A stretch of 60,036 nucleotides of DNA from a virus. Its lineage: Duplodnaviria > Caudoviricetes. The notes under the pieces are model-generated. The model saw only the letters and a program-made list of their open reading frames with translations, had not been told where the DNA came from and searched no databases. Positions within the stretch are counted from its first letter, which is position 1. Every line of letters starts with the position of its first letter. Both the position numbers and the translations under genes were made by a program. Shown one piece after another: positions 8,304-17,850 of the stretch. The stretch is taken from positions 1 to 60,036 of IMG/VR virus record IMGVR_UViG_3300033407_000012. One strand, given 5' to 3'.

Positions 8304-8750
8304 ATGACCAACATCCCTAAAAGGATCCTGGCCACTATTGATCCGAAGAAGCTGAACAAAAAGAATATCAACCGGATGATCCGCATCATTACAGGCAAAG
8401 AAATCTTCACAATGCCCAACGGTAAGCGCGTCGGCTTCAATATGAACCTGTTTTTGGACCATAATAGAACTGTAGATGTCAATAAGCACCAGTGCGGATC
8501 CACGGCCTGTGTAGCTGGTTATGCAGATTTGCTTTGTGACAAGGCAAGTGTTCCTGACTTTGGCGGCGGTGATGACAGGAGCGATGTGACTGCCCTTGAG
8601 CACTATTTTAACATTCCATACTGGATGGCTATTCAAATAGCCTATCCGGAGAGCCGTAAATACCCCCGGTATGAGGACATTCCAGCCGAAGCTGTTGCGG
8701 CTCAACTCAGACATTTGCGCGACACTGGCGAGCTCCTGGAACTGATTTAG
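8304..8750 (+). CDS. Hypothetical protein, paralog A2
   Basis: GFNM...CGSTACVAG...QLRHLRDTGELL. Confidence 0.75.
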   Translation: MTNIPKRILATIDPKKLNKKNINRMIRIITGKEIFTMPNGKRVGFNMNLFLDHNRTVDVNKHQCGSTACVAGYADLLCDKASVPDFGGGDDRSDVTALEHYFNIPYWMAIQIAYPESRKYPRYEDIPAEAVAAQLRHLRDTGELLELI

Positions 8751-8790
8751 ACTGCTAGAGTACCGCAACACAAAACAATAAGGTTAGGTT

Positions 8791-9285
8791 ATGAGCAAAC
8801 CATGCTACCCGATCCACCTTGTGGACCCTAAGTGTGTGAATAAGAGAAACATTGATCGGATGATTAAAGTTATCTCAGGGAAGGAACCTGTTGTCGTTTG
8901 CGGTAATCGTATAGGCTTCAATATGGCTAGTTTCTTTGGCTTAGTCTCCGCGTACGAGCCACATGAAGACTACACAGGACATCATTGCGGGACTACCGCC
9001 TGTATTGCTGGTCATGCTGAGATCTTTATGCAAGGTCGAAAAAAGAAAGTAATACCGGCAGCTACTAATCCAAGTGCTTTAGGTGCTTTAGCGGAATTCT
9101 TTAATGTTCCCTATAAGATGGCACAGGACATAGCCTACCCACACCTGCGGCACGTAGATTTTGTTATTCATTTTGCTGATATTCCGCCAGATCCCCTCAT
9201 AGCACAACTTAAGCACCTCCGTGATACCGGGGAACTCCTGCCACTTGACCTAGAATATTTGCGACCAGCACCCGTACTGGAATAA
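8791..9285 (+). CDS. Hypothetical protein, paralog A3
   Basis: GFNM...CGTTACIAG...QLKHLRDTGELL. Confidence 0.75.
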   Translation: MSKPCYPIHLVDPKCVNKRNIDRMIKVISGKEPVVVCGNRIGFNMASFFGLVSAYEPHEDYTGHHCGTTACIAGHAEIFMQGRKKKVIPAATNPSALGALAEFFNVPYKMAQDIAYPHLRHVDFVIHFADIPPDPLIAQLKHLRDTGELLPLDLEYLRPAPVLE

Positions 9286-9331
9286 ATGGCCAGCCGTTGC
9301 GTGAAACGCGGAAATTATAGGAACCACTACT

Positions 9332-9787
9332 ATGACCCTTAAACAACTCTTGGCTGAGCCTAACCCGCAACAAGCTATTTTTGATGCCGTGTGCAGTGGT
9401 CTGGCTGAACAGGATTTCAAGCGATCAGTTGGCATAGCTAAATGCCTTTTTCGTGGGTTCGATGGCATGAAATGCGCCATAGGTCACCTCATTGAAGACG
9501 ATCAGTACGCTGACTGGATGGAATCTGCATCACTTGTTCAAGTCATGCGCAAGCTCGGTGTTGATCCTAACCTTAATTTTGACGGATCCAGCGACGAGTC
9601 TTCAAACTTGAACTGGGAGTACAGCGAAGTTTCTCAGTTTTTGATGGGACTCATGGGAGCTCATGATCAAGGCGTATCACCACGGGAAATGAAGGATAGA
9701 CTTCTCAGCTTCGCCCAGAGAAACAGCCTGAGTATTCCAAACAGTTTGACAGGCGAACAGAATCAGGAACACGATGATGAAACTTAG
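9332..9787 (+). CDS. Hypothetical protein, KCAIGHLI family (paralog B1)
   Basis: GLA.Q.F..S, KCAIGHLI, AHD motifs. Confidence 0.75.
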   Translation: MTLKQLLAEPNPQQAIFDAVCSGLAEQDFKRSVGIAKCLFRGFDGMKCAIGHLIEDDQYADWMESASLVQVMRKLGVDPNLNFDGSSDESSNLNWEYSEVSQFLMGLMGAHDQGVSPREMKDRLLSFAQRNSLSIPNSLTGEQNQEHDDET

Positions 9788-10217
9788 AGAACTCCTCGAC
9801 GTGCCTAACCCCAAGCAAGCTATCTTTGACACAGTGTGCGAGGGCCTAGCTTCGCAGGGCTTTGAACGGTCCATTGGCAGTATGCAAACCCAAGGCGAAA
9901 GTGTTCTGGTATGTCGATATAGAAGCAATGAAAATCATCGAAAATGTGCTATAGGTCATCTCATTCCTGATGACGAGTACGAAGAACGTTTTGAGTTTTC
10001 TAGCACGTCAGACGTGCTTTTTGAGCTAGGCGTGAAGCGGTACACAACTTTTGTTGCTGTAAACCCGACAGAGGAATCAACAAACGCCCACGTGTTCCTC
10101 AGCGAACTACAGTACGCCCATGACAAAGGTGCTACCCCTGCGGGTATGAGACATCGCCTGAAAGCGTTCGCCTACTCCTATCAGTTAGCCCTCCCCGCAT
10201 CAGTGGGCATCCTTTAG
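9774..10217 (+). CDS. Hypothetical protein, paralog B2
   Basis: Same motifs as B1. Confidence 0.75.
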   Translation: MMKLRELLDVPNPKQAIFDTVCEGLASQGFERSIGSMQTQGESVLVCRYRSNENHRKCAIGHLIPDDEYEERFEFSSTSDVLFELGVKRYTTFVAVNPTEESTNAHVFLSELQYAHDKGATPAGMRHRLKAFAYSYQLALPASVGIL

Positions 10218-10245
10218 ATTAAACCCGTTTTAGTAGGATCTCGCA

Positions 10246-10686
10246 ATGACCGTCGCCGCTTCTTCCGAACAGAAAACTTTCAACGAGTTGGTCACCTCGC
10301 CAAATGCGCTGCAACTCTGCTATGACATCGCTTGTGAGGGCCTAGCCTCTCAGGAATTCAAGCAGTCAGTCGACAAGCATAACCGATGCGTATACAGGTC
10401 CGCCGACCCCTGTGGCAACACTCTCAAATGCGCCATAGGTCATTTGATAGCGGACTCAGAGTATGAAGATTCACTTGAGGGGGCCGGGATTCAGCGGGTA
10501 TTATACAGTTTGACAGACTTGAAATATGATTTTAAAGGTCTTTATTCTGAATATTCTAGTCTCTTTAGTTTCCTAGCGTGGCTTCAGTCGTCTCATGATG
10601 CAGGAATGAATGCGGAAAGTATGAAGCAGCAACTGCGGAACATTAGTCGTCGCTTTGATCTCACAATTCCTGAATGCGTAAAATAA
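10246..10686 (+). CDS. Hypothetical protein, paralog B3
   Basis: Same motifs as B1. Confidence 0.75.
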   Translation: MTVAASSEQKTFNELVTSPNALQLCYDIACEGLASQEFKQSVDKHNRCVYRSADPCGNTLKCAIGHLIADSEYEDSLEGAGIQRVLYSLTDLKYDFKGLYSEYSSLFSFLAWLQSSHDAGMNAESMKQQLRNISRRFDLTIPECVK

Positions 10687-10695
10687 GGTGCTACC

Positions 10696-10917
10696 ATGAG
10701 AATGAACGTTAACGCCCCGTATCGGGAATTAGGACCTCAGCAATCTGACGCTGATTACTGTTTTCAAAATGGGAAGATTTTTAACTGGTCAGAATCAAAT
10801 CTCGGTTATGAGCATGCTTGGTGGCTTACAGATGCAGGCGACCCAATTAATGACTCTAATCATGTCAAAAATCTTTTGTGTGATCGACCGTTTAACAAGG
10901 AATGGCTTTCGTCATGA
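10696..10917 (+). CDS. Hypothetical protein
   Basis: ORF with AAGGT RBS in the operon. Confidence 0.55.
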   Translation: MRMNVNAPYRELGPQQSDADYCFQNGKIFNWSESNLGYEHAWWLTDAGDPINDSNHVKNLLCDRPFNKEWLSS

Positions 10918-11210
10918 CTAGGGCTAAGTACAGGGACACGTGCCGTTGCGGTGCTGTATTCAGATCACCGTCTGCAGAAGCACGTCACCGGCACAACTTT
11001 CCCATGTTGTGCAAGCCGATTAAGTTGTCCTTACCGCAGAAATTGGCACTTGCCAAGTTTGGTCTTGACGATGTGCTGTCAGCAGACAGAGCGAAAGTGC
11101 GAATTAATACGCTCCGATCACTTGTGCGAAAAGGACTACTTGAGGACTGTACACCGGTCCTTTCAGGAGTAGCATTCAGCCCGACGATATTCCGAAAGCC
11201 TAAACCTTGA
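10902..11210 (+). CDS. Hypothetical protein (Zn-finger plus winged-helix-like)
   Basis: CRCG...H.H; TLRSLVRKGLL. Confidence 0.55.
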   Translation: MAFVMTRAKYRDTCRCGAVFRSPSAEARHRHNFPMLCKPIKLSLPQKLALAKFGLDDVLSADRAKVRINTLRSLVRKGLLEDCTPVLSGVAFSPTIFRKPKP

Positions 11211-11224
11211 ATTGAGGACCAATC

Positions 11225-11491
11225 ATGAAAACAATCTACAAATATCAGCTCCCTGTACTTCACGGTTTGGGCCTCCTGATGTTGCCACAGGGGGCTCGGC
11301 CGCTTCATGTTGATACACAGGACGACACCCCTTATGTTTGGATGGAGGTCGATACGGGCGGTACACCGGTTAACCGGCCTTTCGCCTGTGTTTGGACCGG
11401 CAGAGAAGTTCCTGATGACGCCAAGAATATGACTTATATTGGGACTGCTGTCGGCAGGTCTGACGGCCTTGTTACACACTACTATATGTGA
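11225..11491 (+). CDS. Hypothetical phage protein
   Basis: MKTIYKY...TG...YIGT...H motif; GAGGA RBS. Confidence 0.7.
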   Translation: MKTIYKYQLPVLHGLGLLMLPQGARPLHVDTQDDTPYVWMEVDTGGTPVNRPFACVWTGREVPDDAKNMTYIGTAVGRSDGLVTHYYM

Positions 11492-11501
11492 GGCTTTAGT
11501 T

Positions 11502-11852
11502 ATGATTAACCCAAACATGGACTATGGAAAGCAGCTGACTGTGGAAGTAGAGGACGGTCAGTTGAAAATTTCCATAGGTATTGCGCTGCTTGCTTTTGCT
11601 ACCCAAACCGCACTGGATTTTCCTCCAGATTTTAAAATAAATGATCTGAGGGACTTCGCCAAATCAATGGTAGGTCAGCTCCAGAGGCAGGAGGAAGACG
11701 GAACTACGCCTATTCATCGAATGTTTGACGCAGCCGCCAATGAGATTATGGAGCAGGGCGACGATGGCATTGAAGAAGGTGACGTTGATGACGGCATCTC
11801 AATGGCAGCACAATACCTGAGCGACAAAAACTTGAATGACTTAAAGGGATAA
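11502..11852 (+). CDS. Hypothetical phage protein
   Basis: I.IG...LAFA...EEDGTT..H.MFD.A. Confidence 0.65.
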   Translation: MINPNMDYGKQLTVEVEDGQLKISIGIALLAFATQTALDFPPDFKINDLRDFAKSMVGQLQRQEEDGTTPIHRMFDAAANEIMEQGDDGIEEGDVDDGISMAAQYLSDKNLNDLKG

Positions 11853-14696
11853 TTGTTCCCAAGCTGGGTGATCCAGGATCTGAATAGCTTTAAGTGGTTT
11901 GGTTGACGGTCGTACCACGGGTATGGCGATAATTCCGTCTTTAGCCAATATCTCCACGGTTTCTTCAGCCATTTTGTGCGAACTATGCGAGGTGATTTGG
12001 CCGTCGTCTGCTGTCTTGAACGGCAACCTCTTTCGCATTTCTCTAATGCATTCATGACGGGCCACATATCCATCTGCAATAGCTTTTGTTTTTTTAGACA
12101 GGTCAAAAATAACCTGCATAGCTACAGCAGTGGCATCCCCTCGCGTGGTTCCAATTATGTTCGTGTCGAACGCATGCATGAGACTGCATACCGTGTTGAG
12201 GCAGTAACCTAGTGCCCATGCATAGTGACCGTAATTGATTACGGGGTGCTCCGGGTTATCACAAATAGCTAGGATGGCGGCTACACGCGCTGACATGATG
12301 GCTATGCGGGCTAGTGACAGGTAGTGCAGCCCAAAAGGGCTTATTCCGTTCTGAACCGGGCGCTTGAATACGCCGACCTGAATAAGGACTTTGTCGAAAA
12401 GTTCGTTGGCGTACTGATCAAACTCCACGTATTGAACAAAGAATGACCGATCAACGTTAGCATCCGCTGCTGTCTGTTCGTATCGTTGATCAGTTTCTAC
12501 AGCTGTTCGTAACAGCGTCTTAACTAAGTTCTCTTGTTCCTCAGGAAGTTTGCGTAACATTTGTGACGGGTGTTGCTCAACAGCGGATGCACCTTTGTGC
12601 GTCACAACCAAAAGTCTAGACGGTAGACCACTTTCAACCACATCCCGCGTGAAGAACTCAGTAATGTTGGAAATAGTTGTGCCCCAATACGTGGCTACAC
12701 TCAAGTTTAAGATCGGACTTTCGCCCTCTTTCTTTGACGTGCGGGAGGCATAGGGGTTTGTCACGGCTTTAGCCGTGCTGGCGTCAAATAGCTGGTTGAA
12801 GAAGCTTTGGAAGTTGTTATCGGTAGGTGTTTTGGGCTTCACAATGCTTTGCAGTGAGGCCTTGCACTCGTCAATCAACCACAAGCAGCTAGGCACCTCC
12901 TCTAGGTGGCCGTGCATGCCTTGTACTGACCCAGCAGCACCCTTAAACACGCGATTTTTGCAAGCGTGTAGTTCGCACCTAATCGAACCAAACAGCTTCT
13001 CAATGACGCCTACTGACTGAGACTTGCCGGTAGCGGTTTGAGCACATACAATGAAATTTAGGACAGGACCAGAGCCGTCATTGCGAACCTTGTATCGTCT
13101 ACTGACCACACCCGATAAGAACGATAAAGTAGCAGGGACAGCAAACTTAACCATTGGCTCATACATGGCTTTATATGCGCTCAGACACAGCTCACCGGCC
13201 TTGCCAGGAGGCAACATTTCTTCACTAAGGTATTGTGGCGGGATACCGCAGCTTAAGAAATCACGAGCTTCAAGGGCACGCGGTTTAGCTAGTTCAGCAG
13301 ATTGAGGCCTGTTCCTGAGCGACTGCATCACCCTGAGGTGTTCTTCCTTAGCTATCGAAGCCTGGAAAGCTGTATCGTAAGGGTCGCCCTCTTGGTGCTC
13401 GTCGAGAACATTACCCGTGCCGCTGGAGGGTGCCTGAGTGATTTCTTCACTGCCGTGAGCGTTTGCCACAGGGAGCTTTGACGCTTCCCAGTTGGCCACT
13501 AGAAGGCGACCGTGATCAATGGCGCTTTGATCACGCATCGGTGGTAATGTTTTACCGGACTCGAACCACCTGTCATTCTTTTCCCGGGCTTTAATAACCT
13601 CTTTGTTGAATACGCCGTTTTTGCCGAACATCCTGTCCCAGCGATCTCGACCTTCTACAACACGACCTCCTGGAAGAACTTTTTCAGTTTTACCGGCATG
13701 TATCATGCGCGGTGACTCCTCCATCAACCGCCTTACCTGTTCATATTTGCCGGAGATTTTATCGAATGTCCCGATAAGTGCAGCCGTGTCAAAGGACCAA
13801 TCAGCACGTCCTGTGTTATCTACTGACCAACCTGCATCGCCCTGATAAACCTGCCAATCCTTCTTAAGCTTGTTTTGTATGTAATCAAGAATTTCATGGT
13901 CAGTCAGATCTGTTCTGCGACCGTACTTGGTATAGTTAGGGAGCAAGTATTCAACATTTGAGGCAAGTGATTCTTCAGATGTGTTGTCATTGTTAGGAAC
14001 CAAGTCGCCAGTGTTAGTGTAGGTGTTTTCAAATGTTTTAAAGAATTCTGTGAGATCGGGCAGTGATTCTTCACCATCACGCAAACTGTCATCACTTGGC
14101 CACTGATCTGCGGGCTCATCTGAGATCTTAGGGATATCCCCGACTACGTAAATAAATTGTCCGTTAGCAAACACGTTGCCATAAGAGCCAATGTCATACC
14201 GTTTATGTGGAATGTCAGCTATGAAGAAAATGTGCCAGCCGTTGCCCGACATGGATCGTTCTATGTAAGCGCCCTTATCGGCGAAATTCTTGGCTATGTC
14301 ATTAATGCGGATCCGTGCAGCAGCACAGTAATTGTCAGCATCTTCCTGACTAACGGTTCCGCGATTAACACGCTGCTGCATCTTTTCTTCTTGATAGTCC
14401 AGATCAACGCAAACTACACGACTACCTACAGGGGAGGCTACGGCCAGCGCCGCAATATTATCGCCTGCTCTTAAGAAATAAGCTCTAGCATCATCATATG
14501 TAGCTAGCGTGTCAGGATCATTAAAACTGGCTATGTATCTATGGCCGCGACCGGGAAGAGCTTGTGAGACAACAGTAATTGGTTCTTTATTTTCGTTGAC
14601 AAGCGCCCATGTGTCGAAGGCCTTCAATTCTTTAGGTATATTGGCCAGTTTCACCCTTATCCGGGAGTTGGTGTGCGCCGCTTTAGCTGCCGTCAT
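11841..14696 (-). CDS. Primase-helicase (AEP prim-pol plus C-terminal P-loop helicase)
   Basis: CVDLD, E.SMSGNGWH; Walker A ATGKS, Walker B LIDE. Confidence 0.85.
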   Translation of the reverse strand: MTAAKAAHTNSRIRVKLANIPKELKAFDTWALVNENKEPITVVSQALPGRGHRYIASFNDPDTLATYDDARAYFLRAGDNIAALAVASPVGSRVVCVDLDYQEEKMQQRVNRGTVSQEDADNYCAAARIRINDIAKNFADKGAYIERSMSGNGWHIFFIADIPHKRYDIGSYGNVFANGQFIYVVGDIPKISDEPADQWPSDDSLRDGEESLPDLTEFFKTFENTYTNTGDLVPNNDNTSEESLASNVEYLLPNYTKYGRRTDLTDHEILDYIQNKLKKDWQVYQGDAGWSVDNTGRADWSFDTAALIGTFDKISGKYEQVRRLMEESPRMIHAGKTEKVLPGGRVVEGRDRWDRMFGKNGVFNKEVIKAREKNDRWFESGKTLPPMRDQSAIDHGRLLVANWEASKLPVANAHGSEEITQAPSSGTGNVLDEHQEGDPYDTAFQASIAKEEHLRVMQSLRNRPQSAELAKPRALEARDFLSCGIPPQYLSEEMLPPGKAGELCLSAYKAMYEPMVKFAVPATLSFLSGVVSRRYKVRNDGSGPVLNFIVCAQTATGKSQSVGVIEKLFGSIRCELHACKNRVFKGAAGSVQGMHGHLEEVPSCLWLIDECKASLQSIVKPKTPTDNNFQSFFNQLFDASTAKAVTNPYASRTSKKEGESPILNLSVATYWGTTISNITEFFTRDVVESGLPSRLLVVTHKGASAVEQHPSQMLRKLPEEQENLVKTLLRTAVETDQRYEQTAADANVDRSFFVQYVEFDQYANELFDKVLIQVGVFKRPVQNGISPFGLHYLSLARIAIMSARVAAILAICDNPEHPVINYGHYAWALGYCLNTVCSLMHAFDTNIIGTTRGDATAVAMQVIFDLSKKTKAIADGYVARHECIREMRKRLPFKTADDGQITSHSSHKMAEETVEILAKDGIIAIPVVRPSTKPLKAIQILDHPAWEQLSL

Positions 14697-14719
14697 ATTG
14701 AAAAACCCGAAGTTTTTTG

Positions 14720-14748
14720 TTGACTTCCAGGGCCTACACGTATATTAT
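14720..14748 (+). promoter_or_regulatory. sigma70 promoter antisense to the primase leader
   Basis: TTGACT-N17-TATTAT. Confidence 0.55.
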
Positions 14749-14844
14749 ATTGACATGTGAGGCCGATTACTTGGTCACCCTTTGCAGGGTGCGGATCGAA
14801 ACTTACTAAGGTTGTTGCGAACCTTTGCGATATGTCTTGTGTTG

Positions 14845-14889
14845 AAGCGACGGGCTGTTTCCTTAACGGGTTGCAGCCCGTTTGCTTTT
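14845..14889 (+). terminator. Intrinsic terminator-like hairpin
   Basis: CGGGCTG...CAGCCCG stem followed by TTTGCTTTT. Confidence 0.6.
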
Positions 14890-15137
14890 GTCATCTTTGA
14901 TGGTTGAGCCATTTCAGTTGCCCCAGGATTGAACAGCATAGGCCATAAGTAAGATCAAATAGCCCTCGCCGCGAACCCTCACAATAGCATGCCACAAACC
15001 CCTGTGGCAACCCTTATGCTTCAAGAGCTTATGGCCGTTCTCAACTAAAAAAGTTGTTGACAGAGCAAAACGCCAAGTATAGTATAAGGGCTTCGAACAA
15101 CATCTTGTATGTCTGTACTAAACGGGGCACAATCAAC

Positions 15138-15731
15138 ATGGCACGACGACCGATGATAGCTACTGTCCTCAGTATGCCTGAGGATCGTAAGCAACTTTTA
15201 TTCGCCCAGATGGCGAAATGGAAAATGGCAAAAGCTGAATTGGACGCCGCAGCGGAGAATGAAAAAGCTGCCCGCATGGAAATTCATCGAGAATTTTTTG
15301 CCGATGCGGAAGAGGGCCTGAACAAGATCGGTCTCGGAAGCTTCTACAATGCAGACGGCGTGCTGATACGTCATGAACTGCAGATGGAGATCAAGGTCAA
15401 TCGTACACTGGACAAAAAGCCTTTCATGAAGGCCATCACTGAGAAGACGATAAAGGCTGCTGATGTCAAGGACGTGATCACTTTTCAGCCGTCATTCAGC
15501 GCTGCAAACTGGCGCAAACTACTTGATGCCCGCGAAGCTGCCCGGGACGAGGCGGCTAAACTTTCTAATTCTGACGGGTCACAGGAGCAGTCACTTGAGC
15601 CAGCAGCCCCCGCCGACGACAACGCACCAAAAATGGCTGATGCAATCCTTGAAATCTTTTCTCAGTTCGTCAAGGAAGCTCCGGGAACTCCGTCAATCAA
15701 ACACCACACCGTGGAAATTCAAACGGATTAA
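15138..15731 (+). CDS. Hypothetical protein, first gene of the recombination operon
   Basis: Promoter TTGACA-N17-TAGTAT at 15057; coiled-coil N-terminus. Confidence 0.7.
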   Translation: MARRPMIATVLSMPEDRKQLLFAQMAKWKMAKAELDAAAENEKAARMEIHREFFADAEEGLNKIGLGSFYNADGVLIRHELQMEIKVNRTLDKKPFMKAITEKTIKAADVKDVITFQPSFSAANWRKLLDAREAARDEAAKLSNSDGSQEQSLEPAAPADDNAPKMADAILEIFSQFVKEAPGTPSIKHHTVEIQTD

Positions 15732-15898
15732 AACACCGATGCGTTACTAATCGGTGCATGGGCTAGGGCACACTAGCTTAGCACCGGGCTCCGAAGCTTA
15801 GCATCCGCCACAGGCGACAGCACTAGCTTCGGAGCCGAAAAACCGTCAATGGCCAGACTCTTAGATTAAACCGCAGATTTTAAAGATTGATCCCGCCC

Positions 15899-16603
15899 AT
15901 GAAAATCACTCTTAGCGACTTCAAACCCGCCCGCGAATTTGCCCGACGCTACGGCGTCAAGTCAGTGGTATATTCCGGTGCCGGTGAGGGAAAGACGCCA
16001 ATCTGCGCTGCCACTGCTCCGAATGCATGCTTTGTAGCAACTGAGCCGGGCATGATGTCCATTCGTAAGTTGGAGATCCCCACAATAGAGGCTTACACGT
16101 CGGCCCGCATCGATGACTGCATGGAGTTTTTTAAGTCCTCAGCTGAAGCATCCAAATTTGATACGATTATCATGGATAGCGCATCCGAATTGTGCGAGAT
16201 TAAGTTGCGGGAAGCTCTTGGTGCAGGATCCAAGGGCGGAAACAAGGCTCACGGCCAAGCGGCTTATGGTGAAATGTCCATGTGGGCCATGAAGCACCTT
16301 AATGATCTTTACTTCTTGCAAAACAAGCATGTCCTGCTGATTTCTAAGCTTCAAAAAATTGAAGAGGATGGTGTCGTAACCAACCGACCATACTATCCTG
16401 GCAGGGAAATGCCCATTAAGGTGCCTCATCTTTTCGATCTTATCATGCGGCTGGGTACTTTCCACATCTCGGCTGCTGATGGTCAGCAAAAAGCTTTCCT
16501 GTGTAAAGCAACGTTCGAATCCATGGCTCGGGATCGTTCGGGGAATCTTAATGAATACGAGCCGCCAAACATCGCTTACATCTTTAACAAGTGCATGCAG
16601 TAG
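15899..16603 (+). CDS. AAA_24/Sak4-like ATPase (recombinase)
   Basis: GAGEGKT Walker A, IIMDS Walker B, ARDRSG; adjacent to a DUF669-type SSB. Confidence 0.8.
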   Translation: MKITLSDFKPAREFARRYGVKSVVYSGAGEGKTPICAATAPNACFVATEPGMMSIRKLEIPTIEAYTSARIDDCMEFFKSSAEASKFDTIIMDSASELCEIKLREALGAGSKGGNKAHGQAAYGEMSMWAMKHLNDLYFLQNKHVLLISKLQKIEEDGVVTNRPYYPGREMPIKVPHLFDLIMRLGTFHISAADGQQKAFLCKATFESMARDRSGNLNEYEPPNIAYIFNKCMQ

Positions 16604-16699
16604 GGATAAAATCTACTCGGTGTCTTGTTACCAACCAATCGCCCCGCCAATAGGGTGAAAAACAGCCCAGCAACAGGGCACAACAGAAGGACTATCCGT

Positions 16700-17443
16700 A
16701 TGTCAGTCGCATTTACCTTTAACGCCGCAAACGTCGCTCCAAGCGCACCGAGGGACACTGTTCCCAGCGGGGAGTACGATGTCGCCATCGTCAAATCCGT
16801 CGACAAAGAAACCAAAGACAAAAACGGGGCCATGTTCTTCGCGTTTGATTACAAGATCCTGACTGGTGATTACGCCGGCAAGATTGTTGTGGATCGCATC
16901 AACTACAAGAACGCCAATGCCACAACTGTCGAGATCGCCATGGCTCAGCTTTCCGCTATCAGCCACGTTACCGGCGTCATGCAGTGGACCAACACGGCTC
17001 AGCTCCACGGCAAACCGTTCAAGGTCAGTGTTGTCAAGGAAGAACGTGACGACAAGCCGGGATCATTCTCGAACAACGTGACGGGCTACAAGGACAGCAA
17101 GGGGAATGCTCCTGGCGAACAGGGTCAGGTTGCCACAGGGGATCAAGGTGCGTCAACCTTTGCCGCTCAGGCTCAGGCAGTTCAGCCGGATCCTGCACAA
17201 GTGGCTCAGCAGCAAGCAGCCGCCCAGCAGGTAGCTCTTGCCCAGCAGCAGGCAGCACAGGCCGCAGCCGCTCAGCAGCAGACACCTCCACAGCTGGCAG
17301 CTGGAGTAATCGCAATCGGAACCGGTGGATTCATCAACACCGCTACGGGCCAGCCTTGCGATCCGATGGGTAACCCAATTCAGCAGATGGCAGCTGCTGT
17401 CCAGACAGGTGCTCCTGCCGCAACGCCCGATTGGGCCAAGTAA
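16700..17443 (+). CDS. DUF669-type single-stranded DNA-binding protein
   Basis: P.G.Y.V.I, G.YAG......N, LHGKP; Q/A-rich tail ending PDWAK. Confidence 0.8.
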   Translation: MSVAFTFNAANVAPSAPRDTVPSGEYDVAIVKSVDKETKDKNGAMFFAFDYKILTGDYAGKIVVDRINYKNANATTVEIAMAQLSAISHVTGVMQWTNTAQLHGKPFKVSVVKEERDDKPGSFSNNVTGYKDSKGNAPGEQGQVATGDQGASTFAAQAQAVQPDPAQVAQQQAAAQQVALAQQQAAQAAAAQQQTPPQLAAGVIAIGTGGFINTATGQPCDPMGNPIQQMAAAVQTGAPAATPDWAK

Positions 17444-17565
17444 AGGAAAGTTCGGCGATCTCCATTTGCAAGATGTGATCAACCACTTTCCTTACTGTCG
17501 GGGGCCACTCACGCCCCACAGTGAAGTCCCCGACAGTTCTTTGCTCTAATCATCGGATATTTAAT

Positions 17566-17814
17566 ATGTATGTTAAAGTGGACGGTAAATGGTACTCGCC
17601 TGCTAGGGGTGACACTATTCAACTTTTTCTTACAAGAACAGGTCGAGAAGCTTTACAGAGTGTTCTGGACCATGCGGGCGATGAAGAGCATGTATCTGTG
17701 GGTTTGTTTCCCGACAACAACAAACAGACCCAAAAACAGCGTTCTGCTCTTTTAACCGTCCCGGAAGAATTTGAGGACCTTGAGAGATACGCTGTGGACA
17801 AGTTGAAACACTGA
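17566..17814 (+). CDS. Hypothetical protein
   Basis: MYVKVDGKWY ORF. Confidence 0.55.
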   Translation: MYVKVDGKWYSPARGDTIQLFLTRTGREALQSVLDHAGDEEHVSVGLFPDNNKQTQKQRSALLTVPEEFEDLERYAVDKLKH

Positions 17815-17850
17815 AGTCTTACTTAACCCAGGAAACGGGAATAACAAACC

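Noticed and set aside
17150-17440. CAG/GCN-rich tract as a DNA repeat element
   Set aside because: Explained by the Q/A-rich disordered tail of the SSB
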